In this document: positions 1 to 13,843 of the stretch, one piece after another
Layout of the letters: each line of letters begins with the position of its first letter
Position numbering within the stretch: position 1 is the stretch's first letter
NCBI GenBank assembly: GCA_964016885.1
Contig: OZ024741.1
Coordinates: forward strand, 228,656,001 to 228,720,000
Origin: Eledone cirrhosa
Taxonomy: Eukaryota
DNA length: 64,000 nt
Direction of reading: 5' to 3'
Notes under the pieces: model-generated
Databases searched by the model: none
Seen by the model: the letters and a program-made list of their open reading frames with translations, nothing else
What the model was told of the DNA's origin: nothing
Made by a program: the position numbers and the translations under genes

Positions 1-255
1 TCTAGTAACTATATCCTTCCCTACCCTATTTATGTTATTTAAAGTGCTAGTTGGTGTTTTCTTATAATTTTTATGTAGTTCCTTATAAATGAAATGTTTG
101 TACTTGCTCACGTCCATCTTATACAGCTTTTTGGTTTTGTCGGAGGTAACGAAGAGGTGTGGGTCCTTCTTGATTCTGGTAATGAGTGCATCCAGGGATG
201 TTATGAATGAATATATATATATATATGAATATATATATATATATATATATGAATT

Positions 256-286
<31 letters not shown>

Positions 287-624
287 TTAATTTAAAGAGA
301 GAGGAGGAGAGAGAAAGAGAAAAAGGATAAAAAGAGAAAAAGAGAAAGAGAGAGAAAAACAGATAAATAGAGAGATACAGCGAGATGAGAAGAAAAAAAG
401 AAAGAAAGAAAGAATGAAAGAGAGAAAAACTGGATCTCTGGTTTCAATGTTTGCTTAACTGAATACAGCAAGATGATGTTTATAATTATTGTGTTTGCTA
501 ATATTTTACACTGACTTTGCTATAGGCCAAAATACAACCATAGCATACAGAAACACAAACACATAGACCACAGCTAGATTATCCACACGGTTATATCTGC
601 TTATAATTATTTACATACTTACAT

Positions 625-3213
625 ATGCACATACCAACATACACATACACATACATACATACATACACATACACATACATACATACATACATACATACAT
701 ACATACATACATACATACATACATACATACATACATACATACATACATACAAGGTGGCTGCATCTCGATTTCAAGAATTGCATTTAATTAAACCGTTTCT
801 CACAAATGGGTGGCATGAACATGACTCTTTAGCCCCGACGAGGTCTTACATTCCTTTCTGCTTATGCTGTAGCGATGAGCATTCCTTCCACCTTGGTTCG
901 CTAGTTTATTTTGGTGCCCTTTCAAATGACGTTGGGGTCCACCGACCGAAACACATTGTTTTCCACACTTCCGACAGGAGAAATTACCAAAGACCATAAT
1001 AGGAAACATTTTGTACGTGGTTTTTCCGATGACTTCTATTACCAGCTTTACGGAGGCAAATCTGACCACACTCATTGCACATAAAAATCCAGGTAAAATA
1101 ATACCTAGTTGACCCTTACGCAGGTTCCTCTTTAATTTTTCATGCTCCACACGAGATTTTTCAAATTCCTGTTTCCCATTAAACACTATCTTCTTTGAAG
1201 ATGATCGATCTAAGGCAGTCTACCAAGATATCTTTTGAGTTTTACGTTATCAAAGTTGCTTTGATGCAGTTTTTATACCTGAGATGGCTTTGTATCTGAG
1301 TTTTGGTTTATGCCTTGGCATTTTGGCTTTGACTAACTCCCTATACAGAAATTTATTGGGAATATGATGATCTGGCATTCTCACAACATGGCCGCTCCAG
1401 CGCAATCGATACTTAATTATGAGAGATTCAATACTTTTGAAATGATTTCGTTCTAGCACGTCAACATCACGCATATGTGATTGCCAATGGATACCGAGTA
1501 TTCCGCGAAGACACTGTTCATAGAAATGTTGAAGCATTTCGGTGGTAGATGACCAAAGTTTCACCTGCATACAACAATGAAATAATACACATGTTTGTCA
1601 AGTCAACAAAAACATGATAGAAATCCTTCCCTGTTCAATGCACTTCTGTAATTGTCTCACAGAGAAGATCATGTCTATTGTCCATCTGTCATCTCTAAAG
1701 CCACACTGTGACTCGAAGAACATTGGCAGCGATCTCATCAAGCAAACTGTCTAGCATGATCTTACACAAGACTTTTCCGACAACTGACAGGAGGGTTATC
1801 CCACGATAATTACAACAATCACCCTTTGCACCCTTTCCTTTATAAAACACCACCATTAATGCCTCTTTCGAATCTTGGAGAACGCTTTCTTCTTCCCAAA
1901 CCGTATCAGGTTTGTAAGAAGCCAAAGAATGTTTCGGTTTTTACATTTCAATACTTCAGTACAAATACCATCCATCCCTGGCGACTTTTCATTACTGAAC
2001 TCTTTTACAGCCCCTTCCATTTCCCCTGACTAGTACGTTATTTATAGGCCAACTCGGATTTGAGTCTATAAACTCCCCATTGACTTGAGAAGGCCTATTC
2101 AAAAGTTTAATGAACTGTTCGCTCTTCTAAACAATTTGTTGTCATTTTGAGATTTCAAAGGTGCAATTAGAGAAAAATAAGGATCTTGGATTTCTCGAAA
2201 TAAACTGTAAAGTAGCTTTCAGCTGCAGCCTGAATCTCCGCTTTATTTCTCCACCATGCATCTTGTATTCTACGGATCTTGTAACGTAAGTTATTAGCCT
2301 TCACCTAATTCAACATTTCACTCCTTCCAGCTCTGCATTTCACTCCTTCCAGCTCTGAATCTCGTCTAACCTTCTCAACAGCTCATCCTGTATTGAAGCA
2401 TTTTTAATCAGAGAAATTATCAGCTTCACTATGAATTTTACCTCAGTGCGAACAAGGCGATAGTTTGTCCAACATTAGGCAGCTCGCAACATAGGAACAT
2501 CCCAGATATCTCAAAAGCCATGCCTATGCACAAGAACAAAATCTATCATGTGTCACTTTGAACCTAGATGCATCCAGGTTGTCTTTTGCCGGAAGAAAGT
2601 GTTAGCTATACAAACACTTAGTTCTCGGTACATTTACATCCATTGCTATAACAATTTTTCAATCCCATGTTTACCAATCACATCCCAAGTTCTATGGTCC
2701 TTTCCAATCCTAGTATTAAAATTCCCAAGTATGAGAATTTTATCAGATCGGGGGATCTTTCGCACAGGTTCCTTTAAGGAAAGATAAAATGCAAGATTTC
2801 CGTCCTCCGTAGTGCACAAAGTCGGGGCATATACACTCAGAAATATAACGAACCTATTTTTGGAAAGTGGAGCCCTCATGGAAATGAGCCGATCAGAGAA
2901 GCCACCGGAAACTCATCTAGCCTGGAAGCAATTGTATTTTAAACAGCAAATGCCACTTCAGCCTCTCTTGTGCATCCATCTGACCTTCCACTCCAATAAA
3001 ACGTATATCCACACATCTACACACAACAAAATCTCAACACATTATTGGACGGATGTTGACTCTATTGAGTTCCTCCGCCCTTTGATGGGTGTTGTTTTCA
3101 TTTCGCAAGATGTTACAAAACACCCTCCTCACCAAGAAAGCTTAGTAGGATTGCCAGTTTAGTCGCCGAAGACCCAACCATGTGACAGGTTGTACTGGGC
3201 TACATATTACCAG
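625..3213 (-). mobile_element. Decayed near full-length RTE-clade LINE with (ATGT)n 3' tail
   Basis: Minus-strand fragments: APE endonuclease (SVYAPT, LGNFNTRIG, 2646-2879), RT (CCNYRGITLLSVVGKV, 1695-1925), RTE C-terminus (LRWSGHVVRMPD, KPKLRYK, 1250-1570) and terminal zinc-finger-like motifs (800-1000). 5' end at 3140-3213 matches 45001-45074. Many stops and frameshifts. Confidence 0.88.
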
Positions 3214-3252
3214 AAGCGTTCTAGAGTGAGCTCACACACACACGCACGCACG

Positions 3253-3360
<108 letters not shown>

Positions 3361-3894
3361 ACAACAAACACTCCGCATTCTTTTCGTTTGTTTGCATGTT
3401 ACGCTTTAGGTAGAGAGTGGGGCAAGATGGAGTGAGTTGAGGTGGAGTAGTATTTCCCTCCCTCTATATAGAGAACGCGACGGACTGACAGACAGGCACG
3501 TCTCTTATTATAGTATAGATTACAATGAAAAGATACTAAGGCAAATCTTTTTTATATAATTATTATATTTTAAAATAAAACAGTTGCGCTAACAAGTGAT
3601 ATTTTGATAGTTGGTAGTTATGATTTGATTTTTAAAAGTGTAAACGCTTCACAAATTAACCCTTTACCATTTAAACCGGCCATATCTGACCATAATCTTG
3701 TTACCTCTTTCTGTTCAAACCAACTGAAACTGACCACTCAACCTAATATTAAGGTATCGTTCTCAAAATAAATAATATCAAAGTCTCATAGATTGGATAT
3801 CATGAGATAATTATGTGAGGTAAAGCTTTTACCATGAAAATATAATAGCAAATATAGAGTAATGTAAATGCTAAAGGGTTAAACTACCTGAACA

Positions 3895-4356
3895 TCTTCT
3901 AATATAATAGCCGTGTGTTTTTTTCTGTCATACACTAGAGAAAGGAAGGGGTGATTATGTTGACTGGGGAATAAAGGGGTGATTATGTTGACTGAGGAAG
4001 GAAGGGGCGATAACGTCGACTGAGGGCGTGAGTGTATAAGTGTTTGTGTGCGTTTATTTATACATAGACAATAGAAATACAAACACACATGAATCTACAC
4101 ATACATATAAGCAGAGATACTTAGAAAAAATAGTTCTTGCATACACTCACATATATGTTATGACTGAGGAAGGAGGAGGTGAGAAACTATAGAAGTCCAG
4201 CGTTCTAAGGTCGGTCACAGCTGTGTGTATGTATGTTTGTATCACTGTGTGAGTGAGTGCGAAGGAACCTAACGAAAAAAACAAACATCACTTTTTTTAT
4301 ATTATATATAGATATTACAATTAGTCGTCATTTTTTATGGAACGGGAACAGCTAGT
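3895..4356. mobile_element. Possible nested non-autonomous Helitron-like pieces
   Basis: Minus strand A|TCTATATATAAT (4312) to CTAG|T (3935). Plus strand TCTTCTAATATATAAG (3895) to CGGGAACAGCTAG|T (4355). A similar TCTATACTATAATAAG start lies on the minus strand at ~3519. No clear subterminal hairpin. Confidence 0.3.
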
Positions 4357-4608
4357 ATTCTTATAAGACACGTATTACAACGGATCTGACTGTGACTACC
4401 ACTAAGCTGTCACACTGTAAGACTGACCATCCACACCTTACAGCCAGTGATTATAAGTGTATTACGAGTGGAAATTTTTAAGTATATAAACAATTGAAAT
4501 GTAATTCTTCGTGAAGTGTTTCAAGAAAAGAATATTTCATCTTTGTGCAACTTTCGTTACAAGACAGATCATATTTGACTCGTATTGATCCATTGAGTTT
4601 ATTAAAGA

Positions 4609-4674
<66 letters not shown>

Positions 4675-4959
4675 TCAAATATGATTTGGTGTTTTTTTTT
4701 TCAAATTATTATAATTGAACAAAGAAGAAACTCCCCAGACAATGCTTTACTCTTTCATGAAACTCTAGACCGAAAGCACAGGTACAACCGCGTCCGAAGA
4801 TGTTGTAAAATGCAGTTGGCAGTCTGTGGTAAATCCTGCACCGGTTATTTCTCTCTTTTGTTCTTGTTATTTGGCCAGTTTAATTTCCCAACTTTTATTC
4901 CTTTCTTTACAGCACTTATACATTTGTGTGGTCAGTCGCTGTCCTCTCCCTTGTTGCTG

Positions 4960-5360
4960 TAATCAGGCCACCTGTTTCATTTAGGTGACGCTTGATGACA
5001 TCCTTATATCTGAGTTTTGGGCGTCCTCTTCGACGGTTTAATCTTTTCAACTCACTATAGAAAACATCTCTGGTGGTCCTCGTATCCTCCATGCGGATTA
5101 CATGTCCAAAGCAGCGTAGCTGCAACTTCAGCAGAATGCTGCAGGGCCATCCGGGTGGAGATGTGGTCTCGCCAGCCAATATACAATATGGATCACAGAT
5201 GGCGCAACTTGCAGCTAATAAGCCGTTTAATGTGTCGGCGATAGAGTATGTATATCTCTGTAGAGTACAACTGACAGGTTAGCACTACTGCTCGGTACAC
5301 ATTACATTTTGTTCGCAGATTTATGCCACACAGTTTTCACAGTTTTCATTGAGCATAGTT
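4960..5360 (-). mobile_element. RTE LINE 3' fragment
   Basis: LRCFGHVIRMEDTR...YSEL...RGRPKLRYKD in ORF 4916-5179; upstream YRAVVL-like motif. Confidence 0.85.
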
Positions 5361-6429
5361 CCAGAAGGAGTTGTCCATTAGAGTTAAGATTTTTTTTCCA
5401 AAGTGACTTAATTCACTGTCCTATGTTGGGTAATCTCTCACCACTCTTGGATTAAAGTTATCTAAAGTAAGCAGTTTGTCAGTGGATGGCAACGTGTCCA
5501 GGTGTCTACACAGTTAGTCGTAGAAGTCTTCCTTCCTATTCTACATATTTGTCATTGTAGGACCATAGGTACTGAAAACAGTCATGTTTCGGTTTCCATC
5601 TAGGGTTAATCTCATTTTCTATCCTGTCAGATATAGCAGAATATCCACTACAGAGCAATGTCCTTTCATTGCGGCAAACAAATTTTATATCCTCGCTTTG
5701 TAACTGTTAATTGTTAAGCAATATCATGAAGATTCTGAAGTAAGTGAAGACAAAACAAGAACAGGAATGGGATCATGGGTTTGGAAACGTCCATCATTTA
5801 TGTAAGGAGGTCTATTAGTTATGTGGTGATATTTATAATATGATTTATGATATTTATAATATAAATAATTAGACGGCTTACCAACAAAAAATATTTGGGT
5901 ATAGTTAAAAGAGATGACCTGCATATAAATTGCCCAAATAGGAGTTAAAGCTGACGGTAAGAACTCCGTTATAAGAAATGAGTAGCTGGAAGAAAATTAA
6001 GTCAGAAATTCAATCGAAATCAATTGCAACTTACACATTAATAAGAAATAGCCATTTAACGGTGATATCTTATTAAACTTTAACTAAAATTTTACAATAT
6101 GTATATAAGTATATTGAACTGGTGAACAGAAACAAGTATAGTTGTAATAAAAAAAAACAGTGCTACACATATGACAAATAAATTTCGATCAACTACATAT
6201 CAGAATTTAATGTATAAAATTTATACAGCCGATCTGGACCTATTCCACCAATGGGAGGGAAAAAAACATGGAAATGTGAGCAACTTTAATGAAGAAGAGA
6301 GTAACGTCAGTGGTCCAATGGCACAGAAGAAATTCAGTTAGAGTATAGCTCAATTAAAAGAAAGCGTTCGAATTGGTTCCCCACTCATGGACGTTACAGG
6401 CTCTTCGACGTGTTAAAATATTTGAGAAA

Positions 6430-6619
6430 ATAATTGTTTCTACATTTGGCACAATGCCAGCAGTTACCCAGTACATTACTGGTACTTTATTTTATCGACC
6501 CTGTAAGGATGAAAGGCAAAGTTAACCTCGGTGGGATTTGAACTCAGTTCGTAAAGGGACGTAACTCTTTGCTGCAAAACATGGCGTCCGACTCACTACC
6601 GATACTGCCAATCCAGCGC
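6430..6619 (-). mobile_element. tRNA-derived SINE (copy 1 of 9)
   Basis: Reverse complement of the 9996-10176 element; A box TGGCAGTATCGG and B box GAGTTCAAATCCC. Confidence 0.85.
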
Positions 6620-7066
6620 TGTTTGAGGTAATAATCAAGCTATATACAACCTAGCTTCGTCTTGAGCCTCATATATATGTGTGTATATGCATGTGTGTGT
6701 GTGTGCGTGCGTGCGTATATGTATGTGTGTGTGTGCGTGTGTATATCTGTGCGTGTGTGTGTGTGTAAAGAGCGGTGTGCTCATGCACGGAGATGCTATA
6801 AATGAGGATAATTTCTTTAGTATAATGCAAAACCACATTTTTGTTTATATAGCAAAAGCAAAGTAAAATAAATGAGACGATATATTCATGGCACACAGAC
6901 ATTTTAAAACAAACAGTTCTTTTTTATTATTATAAAACCAGGGGCGGTTTGGTATCAAACGCGTAAATGAAAGATATTGTCTATGGTTTTCAAATCATTT
7001 AAAAAATAATCAAAGATTAGAAATGTAACTAACCTTCACACTATGCTGTTGTTGTTTTTTTGCTTG

Positions 7067-7097
<31 letters not shown>

Positions 7098-7553
7098 ATA
7101 GATTCTGGCAGTGTTAGCAAGTCCTGTATAAATATGGAACCACACCCAGTACTGGCAATTATTACTTAATTTCGGGTCTTAGCATCTAAGGTCAGGTCAA
7201 TAGGTCACAGTGAAGAAATGACCCGTTTCAAGTGATGCTGCTTAAGGCCGAAATCTAATAAGCTTCTTCCGCCTTCGCTGACCACAGACGCGTCATGTTG
7301 AAATTAATTGAGCCAGGTAGAGAGACGGTTTGTAACTGGCTGGGTGGAGGTAGCAGTGGTTGTGGTGGTGGGGTGGTGGGGACGGTGGGTGAGGGTGGGG
7401 TGGGAGGGTTTAGAAGTGGAAGATGGAGGGGGAAGCAGAGTACTTAAATCCGTAAAGTCCTAATACTACGCGCGTTTATGTATATATGTGCTAATTCCAA
7501 TGTGTCTATGTTAACGCGTAAATTTAAATGTATATGTATGTGTATTTATACGT

Positions 7554-7656
<103 letters not shown>

Positions 7657-7667
7657 CGTATACACAT

Positions 7668-8085
7668 GTTTCTGAATTTGTTTAGCAAGATTCTTTATCT
7701 GAAAACGTGTGTTGAAACCGATATTGTTATACTTTGGGAGGGTCATGTTGCCAATAAGAAACACGCACCAGTTGCTTTCACTTCAATTTATTATAAATTA
7801 AATTTATAAATTTCCGGTTGATTGGTTGGTTCCACAACCAGATGATTGTTCATATATTGTCAAAGTTCTTTCGTCACACATTCTGTGACATCTTCAGTGA
7901 CTAGGGATTCTTTTCTTTGTTTTTGTGTCTCTCATTTTCAGTCAGCTGGTTGTGGAACCAACCAACCGACCGGAAATTTATAAATTCCTAAATTTATAAA
8001 TTTCATTTATAATAAATTGAAGTGAAAGCAACTGGTGCGTGTGTTTCTTATTGGCAACATGACCCTCCCAAAGTAAAACAATATA
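7668..8085. mobile_element. PLE pseudo-LTR fold-back (same family as 14837-17447) between (TA)n tracts
   Basis: 7668-7935 is the reverse complement of ~17160-17445; 7947-8082 is a direct copy of ~17253-17390. Confidence 0.85.
7859..7901 (-). ncRNA. Minimal type I hammerhead ribozyme
   Basis: GUCA-CUGAAGA-(U)GUCACA/UGUGAC-GAAA-GAAC-UU-UGAC. Confidence 0.75.
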
Positions 8086-8256
8086 TATATATATACATAT
8101 ATAATCTCTGAGTGGCTTTGGGCTGCCCTTTCTAGCAGTTCGTCTCTCAGAGGCCACTGGTTCACTGCCCTTAAACACGCTGTGACCTCTCTCTCCCACG
8201 TGTAGCTGGAAGTCACTTTTAAAATTCTCTTAGTGTTGTCTGAAATGTATAGCCTT

Positions 8257-8350
8257 ACACACGCTGATGAACCGAGGCTAACCCATTTCTTTCAACAAAT
8301 TACTGGTGAAATATATCTTTGGATTAGTATCTTTGGATTTGTACGTGTGT
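8257..8350 (+). ncRNA. Type I hammerhead ribozyme (small duplication in stem III)
   Basis: Stem I ACACACG/CGUGUGU, CUGAUGA, stem II ACC(G)AG/CUGGU, GAAA, GUA cleavage triplet; TATCTTTGGATT is duplicated. Confidence 0.7.
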
Positions 8351-8394
8351 TATATAGTTATAGAGGTATTTATTTACGCTTTAATTTATATTTT

Positions 8395-9312
8395 TAATAT
8401 ATTCGTCACATTCATGTGGACATGGTCGGCCCGTGGCCGATTAGTCGTGGTTATTCGTATATTTTGACGATCGTGGACCGTTTTTCGCGTTGGCCTGAAG
8501 CCATCCCTATGACAGATATCACTGCTGAAACGACAGCGCGTACTCTCGTATCTGCATGGATCGCTCGTTTTGGAGTACCAACCACAATAACAACAGACCG
8601 CGCTCGTCAATTTGAATCGAACCTCTTCCGTGAATTAACACAAATTATTGGCGCCACTCGCATAAGAACCACGGCATATCATCCAGCATCAAACGGAATG
8701 GTGGAAAGATTCCACAGGCAACTCAAAGCCTCCTTAAGGGCTTCCATGGACTCTTCACGTTGGAGCGAGTACCTACCTATTGTGTTGTTGGGTATTCGGT
8801 CGACGGTAAAGGTGGACCTTGGGTTTTCCTCAGCCGAATTAGTTTATGGTACTCCTCTGGCGTTACCGGGGCAAATGCTGGCTCCTTTTGACCTGACTTC
8901 GCAGGACCCCGCTTCCTACGTGTCCCGGCTTCACTCTTATTTCAAGGATCTACCACCGATGGGCACTAGGAAGCAGACTGTAAAAACTGCCGTCCCAAGG
9001 GATATTGCCTTGTGGATATATGTGTTCGTTAGAGACGACGCCGTGCGACCCCCTCTTCGACGGCCGTACTCTGGACCCTATCGTGTGCTTGCTCGCACAG
9101 ACAAACATTTCACACTGGACATTCGGGGTTCCAGGGAAACGGTTTCCGTTGATCGTCTCAAACGAGCAAACCTGGACAATGACACAATGACACTTGAAAC
9201 TCAAATGCCCCCTTCTTTTTCTTTGCCACATACGCCTATTTCTCCCCCCCCCCCCACCATCTACATACAGAACTACGACCCGTTCTGGGCGAAGGGTGCA
9301 TTGGCCTCGTAA
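8395..9312 (+). mobile_element. Ty3/Gypsy integrase (5'-truncated pol)
   Basis: DDE core ([30 protein letters not shown]) and GPY/F motif ([15 protein letters not shown]). Confidence 0.95.
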
Positions 9313-9697
9313 GCTATGCAGTAATATAAACTGAATTGTATTCTTTTCTTCTTCCAATTGTTTTTGCTGTATATTTCATTGTGTTGCTTTTTGATTCTTG
9401 ACTGCCTACGGCAGTGTCAATATATGTTATTTTTCGTAACATTGCGACTGTTGTCAATTCTGACACAGTCCATTTTTTTTAGTGCATTTTTATACATGTG
9501 GAATTTTCAGTGCCTAGCAAAAAATTTATTTGTGTTTATCGCATTTGGGGCCCCTTTATTGCGAAGAGTGTTACTTTTTCATGCATTTTGCATGTTTTGC
9601 TGTACATTTTTTTCTTTCTGTGTTAATGCTTGCAGACATGAACCTTTTTCTTGCTGATTCAATAATCTGTATCGACTTCCGTCTAGAAGGGGGGTAT

Positions 9698-10191
9698 TGT
9701 AGTTACCTACATTCCGCGGGCTCACATGCATTCTCTGTGCGTGATTTGGCTCAGCTCAGCCAATCAGCGCCAGCAGAAGAGGATGTATCCCTACGCGCCC
9801 TGAGAGAGAAATTACCCGCGAAGATTTGAAGAAAATCTCTCTCTCGCACCTGGGACTTCGAACCAGCAACACGTACATGTGACGGTGAGATTTTGCACCT
9901 TAACCTACCGACTTTCCGGCGCAATGACACATTCCCTTTTGTAACCTCATTTTACGTGTAACTTCAACCATACAAGTTAACCAACATTATTTGTGGGTGG
10001 ATTGGCAGTATCGGTAGAGGGTCGGACGCCATGCTTTCCAGCATAGTTACGTCCCTTTACGATCTGAGTTCAAATCCCGCCGAGGTTGACTTTGCCTTTC
10101 ATCCTTACGGGGTCGATAAAATAAAGTACCAGTAATGAACTGGGTATTTGCTGGCCTTGTGCCTAAAGTAGAAACAATTATTTGTGCTACA
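9698..10191 (+). mobile_element. Gypsy 3' LTR interrupted by a SINE
   Basis: Polypurine tract AGAAGGGGGG at 9685-9694, followed by TGTAG...CTACA termini. Confidence 0.75.
9996..10176 (+). mobile_element. tRNA-derived SINE (copy 2)
   Basis: A and B boxes; TSD ATTATTTGTG at 9986-9995 and 10177-10186. Confidence 0.9.
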
Positions 10192-10621
10192 ACAAAAATA
10201 AACATACATTTCATCTCTAATTTCTGCTGTTAACATCATCATTATGTTACTCGTGTCTCAATAACATTTAATTTACCATGCTGATTATTTGACGATCGGC
10301 TCTCCGTCAGTTCACTCACGAGTAAGTTTGTTAACCTTATTATATCTGTATCGAATTTAATTAGTGGTTGGCCTGCAGTGGCGTTTACCAAAGTAAATAA
10401 CCCTGTGACCAATTCTCTAAATGTCTATAGTCTGCCTTTCATAGGTTATAGATTCCATACACCGGTGGTTTTTTCCCTGTATTATTGATAACGCACTGTA
10501 TATCTCTCTCTGGTGTGTTACCTTTTCAACATATTGTATTTTAAAGAGCTCAGGATTTCTTCTCCTTTGAGCACATTATATACAGGGAATAGCGAGCGCC
10601 TATGCCTCCGTTAATTTATCG

Positions 10622-10683
<62 letters not shown>

Positions 10684-10844
10684 TAATTTAATATATCAAC
10701 TAACATAGGCGCACAGATGCACGTCCATGCCAGCAAATACACAGGTTATGTCATAGTACCTAGGTGGTTCAATGCAGGAGGGTGCAGAACAATAATATAA
10801 AAGACGTAAAAAGACGCATTGCCTGGAGGCTCAGCTGAGAATAG

Positions 10845-10926
10845 ACTCCCTGATGACGCAATGAATTCTCGACAGTTGGATTATGTAACTGTCTTTATCC
10901 CATTGCAGAAACTAATTAGTTGGAGT
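10845..10926 (+). ncRNA. Type I hammerhead ribozyme
   Basis: Stem I ACUCC/GGAGU, CUGAUGA, stem II GCAAUG/CAUUGC, GAAA, palindromic stem III ACUAAUUAGU, GUU triplet. Confidence 0.8.
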
Positions 10927-10988
10927 GAAAATTTAAGTAAGTAAAAAAATTTTTAAAAATTTTTTAAAAAATATTTTCTTATTTTACG

Positions 10989-11033
<45 letters not shown>

Positions 11034-11300
11034 TCTCTGTATATAGAGAAAGAGAGAGAGAGAAAGAGAGAGATGGAGAGAGAGAGAGAGTGAGAGAGAG
11101 AGGGAGAGAGGGAAAGAGAGAAAGACGCACTCCATCATCAACTTTTCAAACAAAGTATATCACACAAAACGGCAGCATCAACAGTTTTCCCAGAGATGGC
11201 AACAAGAATGGACCTGTTAATTTTCTCTAAAAAAAATTATTCCATTTCCGTCCTGCCCGTCTCCTCAATCTTTGTATTTCCTCTTTAATTGTTCATTCTT

Positions 11301-11336
11301 TCTTCTGATGAAGGACTAGCATCAGAAACGTTAAGA
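11301..11336 (+). ncRNA. Minimal hammerhead ribozyme (degenerate stem II)
   Basis: UCUU-CUGAUGA-...-GAAA-CG-UU-AAGA with ACGU palindrome; homologous region at 61430-61610. Confidence 0.6.
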
Positions 11337-11417
11337 CTCTCTTCCTGTTATTTCAAGCGTTAAACTAATATATTCTTTCCATGTACTGTCACGTTTGTTT
11401 TGCTATTTTTGTATACC

Positions 11418-11467
<50 letters not shown>

Positions 11468-12029
11468 TTACCATTTATCTGCTGAAAACCGATCTAATCT
11501 GTGGCTTAATACCACAGTGCTGATAAAATAGTTACCAATTAAAAATATTTAGTTGCAATAATGGTTTACATGATGAATATGGAAGAGAGTTTTTTAAAAA
11601 ACATATTGGAAAAATCATATCAAATGCATATATTTATATTTACTAATAGAATCTTATTCACACTCGACGCTACAGTGAAAGACATTCGACTAAATTTGCC
11701 GAGAAGTGGGAATGAATCCGAAACCATATGGTTACAAAGTGAACTACTTAACCACTAGCCATGTATTTAATTAACATTAGAAGATCGAATAGAACGACTC
11801 AGTATACGTAAACCATACATAACATTAACGACTCACAAGGATAACAGCCAACAGAAGATGTAGATTAATCTACCCAATAACTTGTGAGCTGAAGATAATC
11901 AGAAAATATGTTTAAGATTCCAGAAATGCAAAATTAAAACACACAAGCTTAATGCAATCGGAATATATCAACGCCATCTTCAAGTGGTTGAACATTATCG
12001 GAAATATATCTATATTCCTTTATAAATAT

Positions 12030-12675
12030 CTTCTTCTTCTTCTTCTTCTTCTTCTTCTTCTTCTTCTTCTTCTTCTTCTTCTTCTTCTTCTTCTTCTTCT
12101 TCTTCTTCTTCTTCTTCTTCTTCTTCTTCTTCTTCTTCACCTACTTATTCCTAAGAGGTTTGTGGGGGAAGAGTCCTCAAAACTTCTTCCAGCGGGTCCT
12201 GTCAGAAGCAACCGTCTCCAATTGATCCAGTTGAATCTCTGAGCGTGACCAGCCAAGTTTATGGATGTTATCCAATTCTTGTTCGGGGTCTCTCCCTGGG
12301 TTTCTTGCTGGTTGATTTTGCCCGTAAAATCTGTCCAGCGATGATTTCCTGGGACATTCTAACCACATGCCCATAGTATCAGAGCTGTGATCTCTTAATT
12401 CGGAGAAGTAGCGTCTCTACCTGGAGTGACTCTCTGATCTCTGAGTTACACACTTTATCAAGTAACGTTACTCCAAAGACCCCCCCCTCGGAGGCATCCC
12501 ATTTCGGCCGCTTGTACTCGCGATCGTATTTTTTCGGTTATTACCATAGACCATAGATAAGGGTTGGCACGAAAACCGAACTAAAGATAGAGAGTTTGGT
12601 TTTTACGCCTACCTCCCTTCTCCTGATTTCTGAATGCTGAAGCTGGCACATTACTGTACCAGCGTTTGCAATTCT
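12030..12675 (-). mobile_element. RTE-clade (Rex3/Expander-like) LINE 3' end with (AAG)n tail
   Basis: Minus strand encodes IRSRVQAAEMG..., GHVVRM and ASDRTRW; (CTT)n at 12030-12139. Related fragment at 57280-57505. Confidence 0.8.
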
Positions 12676-13388
12676 TGAAAGTTTGAAAAAAAAAATTCAT
12701 TCACCAGGATAACCGACATCGATACCAATAAGTCTGTACGGTATAATAGCAATTGGTAGAGTCTGACGGGGTTTCAATTCTTAGGAGTTGGATATAATGT
12801 AGCAGGAATCAGAGAGACAGACAGACAGAGACACATTAAGTGAGAGATTGATAGAAGTGTTTCATGTAAAGAGAGACTAACATTAGTGCGTATAATTTGA
12901 AGAGAATGGAAATAAACTTTGTTAAGACCGATGGCTTAGTTGGTTTGAAACCCTCAAGAATATTTTCACATTTGGTGCGTATGCGTTCGAGTGGTGGTGA
13001 GGATTAGAAAGGTTTGTTCATGGAGGTCTGACCTTGGAAGTAAACAACAACTAAAATTTGAAAGTGTACTGTAAATTAGTTGAACACATCTACTGTGTTC
13101 GACTAACTAGGCGCCATACATTAGTGTTAAAACTCCATCTATTAAGCTGTCTAGACCATACAGCTCTTCACCTACATATGTGTGTGTGACGCTACGTTGC
13201 AGAGTTTATATGTTTTCAGTTTGTGTGTGTATTTATATATGTATGTGTGCATGAGATGTGTATGTTTGAGCGTATTTCTGCATGACGAGACCATTAAATC
13301 TATAGTACAGTTCTCTGTGTCTGTCTATTTTAGTGTATATATCGGCGTACTTCAGAGGACAAGAAGCGGCCGGATGGGTGGGGGCAGA

Positions 13389-13435
<47 letters not shown>

Positions 13436-13465
13436 ATAGTGGTTGTGTTAGTAGTAGTAGTGGTG

Positions 13466-13516
<51 letters not shown>

Positions 13517-13768
13517 ATAGCATAGGTGATTAACCTTTAATGGTGATTAATCCTGAATACTTTACAGATCTCCAACCACCACAAGTGTATATTCAGCATT
13601 TTCATAATTGGTTGGAGTTCTTTGCATGAAGTTTCCTTTATTTTATTTTATTTGTGTATGTTTGTACATAAAGCCATAATCATTTAGGGTGTAACTTTCC
13701 ATCTAAGTAAATGACTGACTAACTAGATAGCTACTTAGTTAATACTATCTCCTCTCCCAATATCCCCC

Positions 13769-13802
<34 letters not shown>

Positions 13803-13843
13803 ATCTCTATCCCCCTCTCTCTCTCTCTCTCTCTTTCGATATA

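Noticed and set aside
9996-10090. tRNA gene
   Set aside because: The A and B boxes belong to a dispersed SINE head with TSDs; there is no cloverleaf.
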